Assembly: GCA_965197745.1 (NCBI GenBank)
Contig: CBDANS010000006.1
Coordinates: 1,248,001 to 1,312,000, forward strand
DNA length: 64,000 nucleotides
From: Opitutales bacterium
Lineage (GTDB): Bacteria; Verrucomicrobiota; Verrucomicrobiia; Opitutales; PNEW01
Reading direction: 5' to 3'
A program made the position numbers and the translations under genes. Below are positions 37,388 through 47,081 of the stretch, one piece after another (the first letter of the stretch is position 1; each line of letters opens with the position of its first letter). The notes beneath the pieces are model-generated. The model saw only the letters and a list, made by a program, of their open reading frames with translations. It made no database searches and was not told where the DNA came from.

Positions 37388-38026
37388 TCATTCCTTAAAA
37401 TAGTGTTGAAACGCTTCTTCGTAATCGGCGGGCGTATCAATATCGGTAATTAACCCGGGATCATCGCAAGGGATAGTGGAGATAATTTCTTTGTAGTCAT
37501 TTAGGGCTTCTCTCAAGTTAGTATGACTTTTTGAAGTTATCTTCTCCACAATTTGAAATGGTAGGATAACCGGATGTCTGCGCCTGCTCTCGTATTCGGG
37601 TTGACAAATATTCTTCGGGTTTTGCCTGGAGTGAGCTATTAAATCGCAAATTGATTTTTCCCGTATTTGCGGTTGATCGCCGAGGGCGACCGCCAGATGA
37701 GATACATTGGATTGCCAACCGTCCCATTGGAATCCGCAAAGGACAGAACTGAACATTTCAGGCGTTGCCTGTGGATTTAAAATTCGATTTTTCTCCGGCC
37801 ATTCCAGGCGGTCGAGTTCGTTGATAACATTTTTATCAACACTACTGCTTACGACCGCGACTTGAGTTGCATCTACTTTTTTATACAAGCGCAAAAGATG
37901 ACCCAACATGGAGGTATCACCCCATGGCAGTAACAATTTGGGTTTCCCCATGCGAAGCGAAGCGCCTCCGGCGAGAATGATTACACCCAGGTGAAAGTTG
38001 TTCGATGGTTTAGTAATGACTTCCAG
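37388..38026 (-). CDS. MocA/YgfJ-like molybdenum-cofactor nucleotidyltransferase; probable CTG start
   Basis: Frame extends upstream of ATG 37951 to give GVIILAGGASLRMGKPKLLL; LGDQP, HPVI, DIDTPADY; AAAAGGA lies 5 nt before CTG 38026. Confidence 0.85.
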   Translation of the reverse strand: MEVITKPSNNFHLGVIILAGGASLRMGKPKLLLPWGDTSMLGHLLRLYKKVDATQVAVVSSSVDKNVINELDRLEWPEKNRILNPQATPEMFSSVLCGFQWDGWQSNVSHLAVALGDQPQIREKSICDLIAHSRQNPKNICQPEYESRRRHPVILPFQIVEKITSKSHTNLREALNDYKEIISTIPCDDPGLITDIDTPADYEEAFQHYFKE

Positions 38027-38082
38027 ACCAATCCTTTTACCTGATTAATCTCCGCTGGTAATAGTTACGAGCGGGTAACTGA

Positions 38083-38919
38083 TCAACTTGATTTTACTTC
38101 GGAAGGGAGATTTTTCAATCGCATATGATTGCCGGAAGCTTTGCGCTGAACTTTTAAAATCTCTCCGATCACACTCACTGCAATTTCTGCTGGCGAATCA
38201 GCGCAAATGTCGAGGCCAATGGGGGCGTAGATTCTTTCAAGGTCTGCGGGATTGGCGCCCTCTGCAACCAGTTCTTCGTGAACGCGATGAACTTTGCGAT
38301 TACTGCCAATCATCCCAATATAACCGATGCTATGATGGGGGAGTAAGGCGCGCAATGCTTCTTTATCGATCATGTAATTGCGGCTGACGATCACGATCGA
38401 ATCAGAAGGCTGCCACCTTTCTTTCCCAAATACCTCTTGTGCTGATTCTTCACTAATACGTTTATCAGCGTGAGGATAATATTGGTCACTTAACAATTCA
38501 GCGCGGTCATCAATGACCGTGACATGTAGTCCACAGTCATGGGCTAAACGTGCAATTGCCTGAGAACAGTGACCTGCGCCTACAAGGAGAAGCCGTGAGG
38601 CGAGCTTCTGCGGTTCAATCAACACCGTTAATTCGCCACCGCAAATAGCGCCGAAAGAATCCGGTTCATTTTCGCGTAGGGTATATTTTTTTAATAGGGG
38701 TTCGCCGTTTGCGTTTATAGCGTTAATCGATTCTTCGATAACCAGTGATTCAAATTTTCCTCCACCTACGGTACCGGATATTTTCCCGTCACTGTATACA
38801 ATCATTTTAGAACCCGGCTCCCTGGGCACCGATCCTTTGACAGAAGCAACGGTAACTAAAGCACAGTTTTCTCTATTTTTACGTGCTTGAAGGAATTCCT
38901 CCATGATCGACTCGGACAT
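38083..38919 (-). CDS. XdhC/CoxI-family Moco-insertion chaperone
   Basis: GSVPREPGSKM, GTVGGG, CGG, VGAGH, YIGMIGS, APIGLDI.A.SPAEIAVS. Confidence 0.93.
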   Translation of the reverse strand: MSESIMEEFLQARKNRENCALVTVASVKGSVPREPGSKMIVYSDGKISGTVGGGKFESLVIEESINAINANGEPLLKKYTLRENEPDSFGAICGGELTVLIEPQKLASRLLLVGAGHCSQAIARLAHDCGLHVTVIDDRAELLSDQYYPHADKRISEESAQEVFGKERWQPSDSIVIVSRNYMIDKEALRALLPHHSIGYIGMIGSNRKVHRVHEELVAEGANPADLERIYAPIGLDICADSPAEIAVSVIGEILKVQRKASGNHMRLKNLPSEVKSS

Positions 38920-39011
38920 ACCTTATTAGTCTTATCACCTTGGCGCGAAGGTCAAGACTGTAGCCGAGGCGTAGCTTAAGCAAATCGCTTACTAAATAGA
39001 CGAAAAGCGGT

Positions 39012-42000
39012 TTATTGCTTCTCTTGAAATTTACCCAAAAGTTTAATCAAGCGGCGGCGTTCACGCCATCCGATGAGGGTAAGAATCAAGCCACCTCCGA
39101 GGTAAGTCGAGGGCTCGGGGACAGGTACAATCTCGTCCCCTTGAAAACGCGCGTGAAAGGACTTACTCGTCCCCCACGGATTGACGAACCTTATCTGCGC
39201 TAACTGCGAGTCGGTCAGCCCCGCCGATCCAAATATGATCTGGTCGATGCCTCCCCCGTTGGTGTCTCCGGTGTAGTCCAATATTGAGAGGATCTGTCCC
39301 GAGTCCGTCCACGCCAGTTCCAGTCCGCTGCTGTCGTCAAAGTCTATAATGCTTGTTCCGATGCCTAAATCGATTGACGAATCCGAGGACAGGGTCAGCG
39401 TTCCTAACACTTCATCGAAACCGTCGGTGTCAAAGATCCCTCCATCCAATTCCATGTTCGCGGTGTCCACGATCTGGTCATCACCACTTAAGAGCAAACT
39501 GCCCCCGGTGATGATCACTGTTGCCGTGCCGTCGAGGGCATTGCCCGCTCCGTTGTTCAGTTCCAGGGTTCCCGCATTGACCGTGGTGTCTCCGCTGAAA
39601 CTGTTCGTGCCGGTTAAGGTCAAGGTGCCCGTGCCCTCTTTCATAAGGTCTCCGGTCTCCGAGATTACGCCCGCAAAAGTGGTGCTCGTGGCGTCTCCTA
39701 CAGTCAGGGTCCCCGCATCGAGGAAGACCTCGGCCGTGGCGCTGCCGCTGCTTAAGGAACCGATCGTTTCACTGAAACTGTTTACGTCGAGGCGTCCGTC
39801 AGAATCGATGGTCACTGCCGAGGTGTCAGCGATCTGTTCGCTGCTGCCGACAAAGGCAATGGCCGATCCGGTTGCCCCCACGCCGTCACCAATGACCAGG
39901 GCTCCGGGAACAGAGGTTCCACCGGATACATTCAGATTCATCGTCCCGTCGTTAATGGTCGTTGATCCGGTGTAGGTATTAGTCCCTCCCTGGAAAAACC
40001 AGGTGCTCGTGCCATCTTTTACAAAATTACCTGTTCCGCTGATCACTGAACCTGAAACCATCCCGGCTAAATCACCGGTATCAACGGTCAGTGTGCTTCC
40101 GTTCAGATCAATATCACCACTGATGGGCATGATCCCTCCCGCAGCATTGGTGATCGTGGCATTGGAGCCGAGGGTGATATCTCCGGTCCACTCATCAAAT
40201 CCTATATCGGTCCAATACAGGGCGCCTACGCCGCCCACTCCGGTGCCATTGATGGTCAACGGCTCCGCGGACATGTTCGCGGCTATACCCGATACTTCGA
40301 GGGTCGCTCCGGACTGGACTACAGTCCCACTGCCGGTGCCGCCCAGGGCACTCGGATCAGTGACCTCGAGGGTCCCCGCCTGTACCGTGGTCGTGCCTGT
40401 GTAGGTATTGACGCCACCTAAGACCAGGGTTCCCGTGCCGGTCTTGTCGAAGCTTCCCGTGCCGGCCATGATTCCCCCGTAGGTCAACGTCGTGGCGGCA
40501 TCGGTTTCGATCGTCCCTCCGCCCGCGTTTAAGGCGATTCCACGGTTGCTGTCCAGGGAGAAGGTGGCACTTGTATTTAAGGTGCCCCCGTCAAAGCTTA
40601 AGTGTCCGGCTGTGGCTGCTCCGGGGGCTGCCCCTAATCCACTGTCGGCGCTGATGCTTAAGGTGCCGCCATCGATCGTCGTCGATCCGGTGTAAGTATT
40701 GACGCCAGATAGGGTGAGCGTGCCCGTTCCGTCTTTAGTTAAATCTCCGGTCCCGGCCATGATTCCCCCATAGGTCAACGTCGTCCCGAAATCCGTGTCA
40801 ACCGTACCGTCTCCTGCATTCAAGGCGATTCCACGATTACTGTCCAGGGAGAAGGTGACACTTGTATTTAAGGTGCCCCCGTCAAAGCTTAAGTGTCCGG
40901 CTGTGGCTACACCCGGTGCGGTGCCCAGTCCGCTGTCCGCACTGATGCTCAGGGTTCCATCGTTTATCGATGTCGTGCCGGTGAAGGTATTCACTCCCGA
41001 CAATGTCAGCGTGCCCGTACCCTCTTTGACCAGATCGCCGGTCTCTGAAATTACGCCGGCAAAAGTTGTGTTTGAAGCGTCCCCTGCCGTCAAGGTGGCC
41101 GTCCCTAAGAAAACCTGAGCTGTTGCTGTAGCACCCGTTAGCGAGCCGATTGTTTCATTGTTGTCATTAAGGTCAAGGCGCCCGGTCGAATTTATCGTCA
41201 CTGCAGAGGTATCGGCGATATGGTCAGCTGATCCGAGAATCACACGATCGGCGCCCGTCGCACCCGTTCCGTCACCAATGAATAGATCACCGGTTATTTT
41301 GGTCGCGCCTGCGGTACCACCCAGTCTTAACCTGCCAGTGTTCACCGTGGCGTCACCGACGTAGTCATTGACCCCACCGCCATCAAATCTGAATGTGCCG
41401 GTGCCCTCCTTAATTAAGTTTCCCGTGCCCGTTAAAATACCTCCGTTACTCAAGCGTGCCGTGACATCGTTATCCATGGTGAGATCACTACCGTTCAAGT
41501 CAATATCCCCGGTAAAACGCATGTTACCCGCATCGACTACGATAAGTGAATCCGATCCCAAAGTTACATTGCCAGTCCATCTTTGGGTACCGGTGTCAGT
41601 CCAATGTAAAGCCCCATTGACTCCACCCACTCCGGTCCCGTTGATCGTAAGTGACTCGGCTGCCATGTTAGCGGCAATGTTTGACACTTCCAATGTGGCT
41701 CCGGACTGAACTACTGTCCCGCTTCCGGTACCGCCTAACGCATTTGTATCAGTGATATCAAGTGTCCCCGTTTGGACTGTGGTTATTCCGGTGTAAGTAT
41801 TGACGCCATCCAGAACGAGTGTTCCGCTTCCGGTTTTGTCCAAGTCACCGGCGCCAGAAATTACGCCTCCGTAAGTCAGCGTCGTTGCAGCATTGGTATC
41901 AATCGTCCCATCACCTGCATTTAGAGTAGTCCCGCGAGTGCTATCTAAAGTAAAGGTAGCAGTAGTATTAAGTGTCCCGCCGTCAAAAGTTATAGTAGAT

Positions 42001-43388
42001 CCCGTAGCGCCTAAACCGCTGTCCGCGCTGATGCTGATGGTGCCATCATTGATCGTGGTGTCGCCGGAGTAAGTGTTGACTCCCGAAAGGGTGAGTGTAC
42101 CTGTGTCATCCTTGATCAGGTCACCGGTATCGGAAACGATACCGCTGAAAGTTGTGTCCCCGGCTCCATCGACTGTAAGATTAAAAGTCTGGTTGTCGAT
42201 GTTTCCGCTTACATCTAAACTGCCAGCTGTAGAGTTGATCGTCGCTGCGGATCCCAGGTCGACTGTGCCCTGCCATTCATTGGCGCCGGCGATGTTCTGT
42301 AAGGCTCCAGCGCTGCTCTCACCCGTACCGTTTAAAGTGAGACCTTCTCCTACAACCGTGATTCCCGTATCGAGAGCCAAGGTGCCGCCACTGTTAACCG
42401 TTGTGTCGTTAGTGGTATCGCCGAGGGCACTGGCGTCTTCGATTTCGAGGATACCATTGTTGATCGTGGTGGTCCCGTCATAGGTGTTATTATTGGTTAA
42501 AGTCCAGGTCCCGTCGCCCTGCTTGACGATGTCACCCCGCTCCGAAATCACACCGGCAAAAGTCACATTCGTAGCATCGCCCACAGTGAGTATCCCGGGT
42601 GCCGCGCCACCCAACATCACTTGTGCCGCAGTGCTCGAACTGGAGAGTGAACCGATCGTATCGTTCTCATCAGTGAGATCGAGCAGCCCATCGGAGAGAA
42701 TCGTAACCGCGCTGGTGTCAGAGATCTGATCATTGTTATTACCGTAATCGACAATCGCGCTACCGGCAGCTCCAACTCCGTCACCAATCGTAAGGTCACC
42801 GCCGATACCTCCATTGGCACTGGTTCGGGCTAGACGCAGTTGTCCGTCTTCCACGATCGTGTCTCCGGTATAGGAACTGACTCCACCGCTTTGGAAGGTC
42901 AGACGTCCACCCTGGTGGGTGATTCCTCCGCTACCTGAGATGTTTCCCTGGAGACGGAAGTTTTGCGTGTTGGCGTTAAAGAAATCGAGATCATCATTGA
43001 GGACTATAGGTGCGGCAATTCTGCTTCTGTCCTGCATGTCCACGGTGAGCGTGGCATTCCCGCTACCCACATCAAAAGTAATGGTGTTGGCCCCTATGAT
43101 ATTGTATTCTCTGTTCCCGGTGTTGTGAAAGAAATCCATTTGCCCGACCGTCACATTGATGTCGACGGTAACATTGCGATTGCCGGTAATAACGGTTCCA
43201 AAGTTGGCGGTGTCATCGATGGCGTTAGGGGGTCCACCGCCGGGTGTCCAGTTGCCGGCAGTACTCCAATTGCCATTGCCATTCAGGTTCCAGTCAAATA
43301 CTTGCGCTTGAAGTTTTGGAGTTATAAAGCAGCAAAACAATGACATCATCATTGTAATTGTTGTTGCACTATGGATGGCTTTTTTCAT
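39012..43388 (-). CDS. Secreted protein with autotransporter-associated beta-strand repeats and a PEP-CTERM sorting signal
   Basis: Signal peptide; many LxKxGxGTLTLSGxNTYTGxTxIxxGTL repeats; ends VPEPSTYLGGGLILTLIGWRERRR. Confidence 0.93.
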   Translation of the reverse strand: MKKAIHSATTITMMMSLFCCFITPKLQAQVFDWNLNGNGNWSTAGNWTPGGGPPNAIDDTANFGTVITGNRNVTVDINVTVGQMDFFHNTGNREYNIIGANTITFDVGSGNATLTVDMQDRSRIAAPIVLNDDLDFFNANTQNFRLQGNISGSGGITHQGGRLTFQSGGVSSYTGDTIVEDGQLRLARTSANGGIGGDLTIGDGVGAAGSAIVDYGNNNDQISDTSAVTILSDGLLDLTDENDTIGSLSSSSTAAQVMLGGAAPGILTVGDATNVTFAGVISERGDIVKQGDGTWTLTNNNTYDGTTTINNGILEIEDASALGDTTNDTTVNSGGTLALDTGITVVGEGLTLNGTGESSAGALQNIAGANEWQGTVDLGSAATINSTAGSLDVSGNIDNQTFNLTVDGAGDTTFSGIVSDTGDLIKDDTGTLTLSGVNTYSGDTTINDGTISISADSGLGATGSTITFDGGTLNTTATFTLDSTRGTTLNAGDGTIDTNAATTLTYGGVISGAGDLDKTGSGTLVLDGVNTYTGITTVQTGTLDITDTNALGGTGSGTVVQSGATLEVSNIAANMAAESLTINGTGVGGVNGALHWTDTGTQRWTGNVTLGSDSLIVVDAGNMRFTGDIDLNGSDLTMDNDVTARLSNGGILTGTGNLIKEGTGTFRFDGGGVNDYVGDATVNTGRLRLGGTAGATKITGDLFIGDGTGATGADRVILGSADHIADTSAVTINSTGRLDLNDNNETIGSLTGATATAQVFLGTATLTAGDASNTTFAGVISETGDLVKEGTGTLTLSGVNTFTGTTSINDGTLSISADSGLGTAPGVATAGHLSFDGGTLNTSVTFSLDSNRGIALNAGDGTVDTDFGTTLTYGGIMAGTGDLTKDGTGTLTLSGVNTYTGSTTIDGGTLSISADSGLGAAPGAATAGHLSFDGGTLNTSATFSLDSNRGIALNAGGGTIETDAATTLTYGGIMAGTGSFDKTGTGTLVLGGVNTYTGTTTVQAGTLEVTDPSALGGTGSGTVVQSGATLEVSGIAANMSAEPLTINGTGVGGVGALYWTDIGFDEWTGDITLGSNATITNAAGGIMPISGDIDLNGSTLTVDTGDLAGMVSGSVISGTGNFVKDGTSTWFFQGGTNTYTGSTTINDGTMNLNVSGGTSVPGALVIGDGVGATGSAIAFVGSSEQIADTSAVTIDSDGRLDVNSFSETIGSLSSGSATAEVFLDAGTLTVGDATSTTFAGVISETGDLMKEGTGTLTLTGTNSFSGDTTVNAGTLELNNGAGNALDGTATVIITGGSLLLSGDDQIVDTANMELDGGIFDTDGFDEVLGTLTLSSDSSIDLGIGTSIIDFDDSSGLELAWTDSGQILSILDYTGDTNGGGIDQIIFGSAGLTDSQLAQIRFVNPWGTSKSFHARFQGDEIVPVPEPSTYLGGGLILTLIGWRERRRLIKLLGKFQEKQ
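40462..41040. repeat. Internal tandem duplication with a 291-nt (97-aa) period inside the PEP-CTERM gene
   Basis: CCGGCCATGATTCCCCC at 40462 and 40753; long identical run CACTTGTATTTAAGGTGCCCCCGTCAAAGCTTAAGTGTCCGGCTGTGGCT in both units. The right end is approximate. Confidence 0.8.
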
Positions 43389-43708
43389 CTAAAGATACTA
43401 CTTCGCTATCATTAATATTTATATTAATAGTGAGCGATTACTATTAGTCAATATATTATAGGTTGTATTTACATATAATTTACAAGGAAATATACCTATA
43501 TTTTACATAGAATAATACCCTAATTTTCTTATACAATGGGAGAACGATCCTTTTTATTGATAATATATTATTATTAGATAATATTAAAAGCGTTCGATAT
43601 GCCTATTTTTAATTGAATTAATAAGCGTAAATTCAAATTTCAGAAAAAATTTGTAGATCAAACTTATTGCTTTCAGTTCTCTATATTACTGAATTAGCAA
43701 GTGAGAAT

Positions 43709-44470
43709 ATGAATGAACAAAAATTGAAAGAGGCCTTTGATAATGACGGGTATGTGTATGTCCCGGAGTTTTTAAAAGGCGAAGCATTGCAGGAACTATT
43801 GAGCAATATTGATAGGTTTATAGAATCGATTGTCCCAAAGATGCCGCGTGGGACGGTATACTATGAAGATTTAACCCGACCGGAGACACTGAAACAGATA
43901 CAGAGACTGCATAAGCATGATCCCTATTTCGAAAAAATGTATTATGGAAGTTGCTTTGAAAAACTGGCAGAGGTTCTTCTCGGAGGCCCGGTAAGCACGG
44001 AAGCCGATAACTTCCAGTTTTTCAACAAGCCGTCAAAAGAGGGTTTACCGACCCCGCCTCACCAGGATGGATTTTACTTTAAGCTCAATCCATGTGAAGC
44101 GGTTACGATGTGGATGGCCCTGGAAGAAGTGGACGAAGAAAACGGATGCGTCCGTTATGTTCAAGGATCTCATCTTCGCGGAATGCGGCCCCATGGCCGT
44201 TCGGGAACACTGGGCTTTTCCCAGGGAATTACCGACTACGGTACGGATGAGGACAAAGCGAATGAAATAGCATTTCATGCCCAAGCTGGTGATTTACTCG
44301 TGCACCATGCGATGATGATTCATCTTGCCGGAGCTAATACTTCAACAACGCGCACGCGCAAAGCAATAGGGACGATTTATTATTCCCAGCGCGCAAAAGT
44401 TGACCATGAAGCGAAAGCAGCCCATCAGCGTAAAATGAACGAAGAATTAAAAGAGGCGGGAAAAATTTAA
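43709..44470 (+). CDS. PhyH-family Fe(II)/2-oxoglutarate dioxygenase
   Basis: TPPHQDGFY, MWMALEEVDEENGC..YVQGSH, IHLAGAN...R. Confidence 0.92.
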   Translation: MNEQKLKEAFDNDGYVYVPEFLKGEALQELLSNIDRFIESIVPKMPRGTVYYEDLTRPETLKQIQRLHKHDPYFEKMYYGSCFEKLAEVLLGGPVSTEADNFQFFNKPSKEGLPTPPHQDGFYFKLNPCEAVTMWMALEEVDEENGCVRYVQGSHLRGMRPHGRSGTLGFSQGITDYGTDEDKANEIAFHAQAGDLLVHHAMMIHLAGANTSTTRTRKAIGTIYYSQRAKVDHEAKAAHQRKMNEELKEAGKI

Positions 44471-44546
44471 TCACCGTGATCTTTTATAGAGAATGCATGT
44501 AAGCATGCGCTTCTTTATTTGAGGCATTTTTAATCTTTAAAAAACC

Positions 44547-45512
44547 ATGTTTACGACTGAAGCGATAGAACACTTTCATCGGGACGGGAATATCGTGGCG
44601 CGTGGCGTTTTTAATGGCCGGGAACTCGAGGTGTTACAAGAAGCGAGCAAAAAAGTAATGGAGGAGGGAATCGCCGGTGAGGGTGAATACCATATGCATA
44701 AGGACAAAGCGGACGGAGCAAAAACGTATTTCCGTAGTGAAATGATGTGGGATCGTGATCCGATTTTTAAAGCAGTTACCGTCCACCCGGAACTGCTGAC
44801 CTGTTACGGGCAGCTTTTAGGGCATTCCTTCCTTCCATTCGTGGACTCCTTCGTCTGTAAAATTCCGCGCGGTGACGTATCTATTCCCTGGCACCAGGAT
44901 CCACCCTATGGCGTGAAGAAATCGGGCTCGGTGAGTGTTGGACGAAAGGAAACTTATGGCATGCCGAATATCGATGCCGACATCTATCTCGACCGGGCGA
45001 CAATAGAAAATGGGTGCCTCTGGGTTATTCCCGAACACCACCTCATCGGGCATGTAGAAGTGGAACGATATTCCGAGGATGAACTTTTTGAAAAACTTGG
45101 GGCAATCCCCGTCGAAATGGAACCGGGTGACGTCAACTTCCATTGCCTCTCCGCTCCACATGGTTCAAGGGGGAATAAGACGGACAGCCTTCGTCGGACA
45201 TTTTACATTCACTACATGAATGAGGAGATCTATAAAAATCTCTATGCGGGAATTGACACGCCAGGTTATAGAAGACTCGAATCGCGCGGACTTTATACGG
45301 AAAAGGGTATCGCATTCGCACATCAAATGGTAGAAGTCCGTAAGGAATTGGGTTTGGGTGGCCTTGACGACAGTGATATTGAAATGACGAATGAAGGGTT
45401 TGAATTTATCGGTGAACCTAAGACTCCGCCCCGTTACTGGGAGAAACTCATCACTGAAATGAGCGAAGAGGAGATGACACAAAAACGAAGCTTGCAGTCG
45501 GTGATGGTGTAG
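44547..45512 (+). CDS. PhyH-family Fe(II)/2-oxoglutarate dioxygenase
   Basis: PWHQDP, YLDRATIENGCLWVIPEHH, PHGSRGN...LRR. Confidence 0.9.
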   Translation: MFTTEAIEHFHRDGNIVARGVFNGRELEVLQEASKKVMEEGIAGEGEYHMHKDKADGAKTYFRSEMMWDRDPIFKAVTVHPELLTCYGQLLGHSFLPFVDSFVCKIPRGDVSIPWHQDPPYGVKKSGSVSVGRKETYGMPNIDADIYLDRATIENGCLWVIPEHHLIGHVEVERYSEDELFEKLGAIPVEMEPGDVNFHCLSAPHGSRGNKTDSLRRTFYIHYMNEEIYKNLYAGIDTPGYRRLESRGLYTEKGIAFAHQMVEVRKELGLGGLDDSDIEMTNEGFEFIGEPKTPPRYWEKLITEMSEEEMTQKRSLQSVMV

Positions 45513-45655
45513 GGATCGGGGGTTATGCGATGCGAAAATGTGTATAAGTGAAAAAGCGTGAATGCGAAAATACGTAAGAAAACATCTTATTTGTCCACTT
45601 AATCATCCTCTTTCATTTGCGAGACTGCCGCACATCGTACGATTAACTTCAGTCG

Positions 45656-47068
45656 ATGAACACGATAATTAAAAATTTACCTGACGAATGGTCGGGAGCA
45701 ATGGGTGATTGCTTAAGCGATAGCATACGGCATACGGGTAAAAAGGTGGTGGTCATTGATGACGATCCCACGGGAACACAAACGGTCCATGGCATTCAGG
45801 TGCTGACTGCATGGTCGGTAACGATGCTGAAAGAGGAGTTATCCAGTGACCGGCTCGCCTTCTACCTGCTTTCGAACTCGAGAAGTCTACCCTTGAAGAA
45901 GGCGCAGGAGATGAACCGTGAAATCGCACGTAATCTAAATCAGGCAGCGCGTGACACGGGTCGTGAATTTGTGGTGGTAAGTCGAAGCGATTCCACTCTG
46001 CGCGGGCATTACCCTGGAGAGGTGGATGCATTAGCTGAATCTTTAGGAGGACAATTCGATGGCACTTTTATTATTCCTGCATTCATAGAGGGCAATCGCA
46101 TAACTATTGATTCGATGCATTACATTCTTGAGGGTGAAAATTTGACACCGGTCAATGAAACGGAATTTGCGAAGGATGCGACTTTTGGGTACGCGAATGC
46201 AGACCTCACCTCATGGGTGGAGGAAAAGACCGAGGGAAGGGTAGCGGCAGCTGAAGTGTTGCGCATCACCCTCAATGATCTCCGCATGGGAGGCCCCGAG
46301 GTGGTAGAGCAAAAAATATCAGAGATGAAAGAGGGACGCGTTAGTGTCATTGACGCGGTTACTTATCGTGATCTCGTAGTATTCATCACGGCATTGATTA
46401 ATGTTGAAGAGAAGGGGAAACGGTTTCTTTATCGAACCGGCGCGTCATTCGTTCGCGTGCGCGCTGGGATTGAAGATCAGCCGCTTTTGAAAACCGAGGA
46501 TATACTTAGAGAATCCGCGAATGGCGGTCTGACGGTGATCGGTTCCTATGTGCCACGCACGACTCGCCAGCTTGAAAAATTACTCGCTTCATCCCACATC
46601 GTGGCAAATGAACTTAAGGTGGAGAGAGTACTCGATTCTCAAACGCGGGAAAATGAAATTCGGGAAATAATTAAAAAAGCAAACACGACTTTAGCGGAAA
46701 AAAAAGATACCGTTATATACACCAGCCGGAACCTTGTCAGTTCTCAGGGCAGAGCGGGGGAGATTGCGATCGGGGTAAAGGTTTCAGCTGCCCTTGTCGA
46801 GTGCATGCGTGGTATTCAGGTATGCCCATCCTATTTAATTGCCAAGGGGGGAATTACGGCGAGTGATATCGCGGTCAAGGGATTGGACGTGCGCCAGGCA
46901 GGTATTCGCGGACAAATTTTACCCGGTGTCCCTGTCTGGCTCTTGGGAGAAGAGAGTCGATTTCCCGGACTTTCATACGTTGTATTTCCAGGTAACGTGG
47001 GAGATGATTTCAGCCTGGTTAATTTAGCGGCGGACCTGAAAAAACAACGCGCGGAAACTGGAAGCTGA
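45656..47068 (+). CDS. Four-carbon acid sugar kinase family protein (DUF1537; OtnK/DtnK-like)
   Basis: IDDDPTGTQTVH, RSDSTLRGH, AKGGITASD, FPGNVG. Confidence 0.92.
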   Translation: MNTIIKNLPDEWSGAMGDCLSDSIRHTGKKVVVIDDDPTGTQTVHGIQVLTAWSVTMLKEELSSDRLAFYLLSNSRSLPLKKAQEMNREIARNLNQAARDTGREFVVVSRSDSTLRGHYPGEVDALAESLGGQFDGTFIIPAFIEGNRITIDSMHYILEGENLTPVNETEFAKDATFGYANADLTSWVEEKTEGRVAAAEVLRITLNDLRMGGPEVVEQKISEMKEGRVSVIDAVTYRDLVVFITALINVEEKGKRFLYRTGASFVRVRAGIEDQPLLKTEDILRESANGGLTVIGSYVPRTTRQLEKLLASSHIVANELKVERVLDSQTRENEIREIIKKANTTLAEKKDTVIYTSRNLVSSQGRAGEIAIGVKVSAALVECMRGIQVCPSYLIAKGGITASDIAVKGLDVRQAGIRGQILPGVPVWLLGEESRFPGLSYVVFPGNVGDDFSLVNLAADLKKQRAETGS

Positions 47069-47081
47069 CAAATTTAATTTC

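Noticed and set aside
39349..43343. Many long + strand ORFs opposite the PEP-CTERM gene, and similar antisense ORFs across the window
   Set aside because: They are shadows of codon bias in the real genes and have no recognisable motifs.
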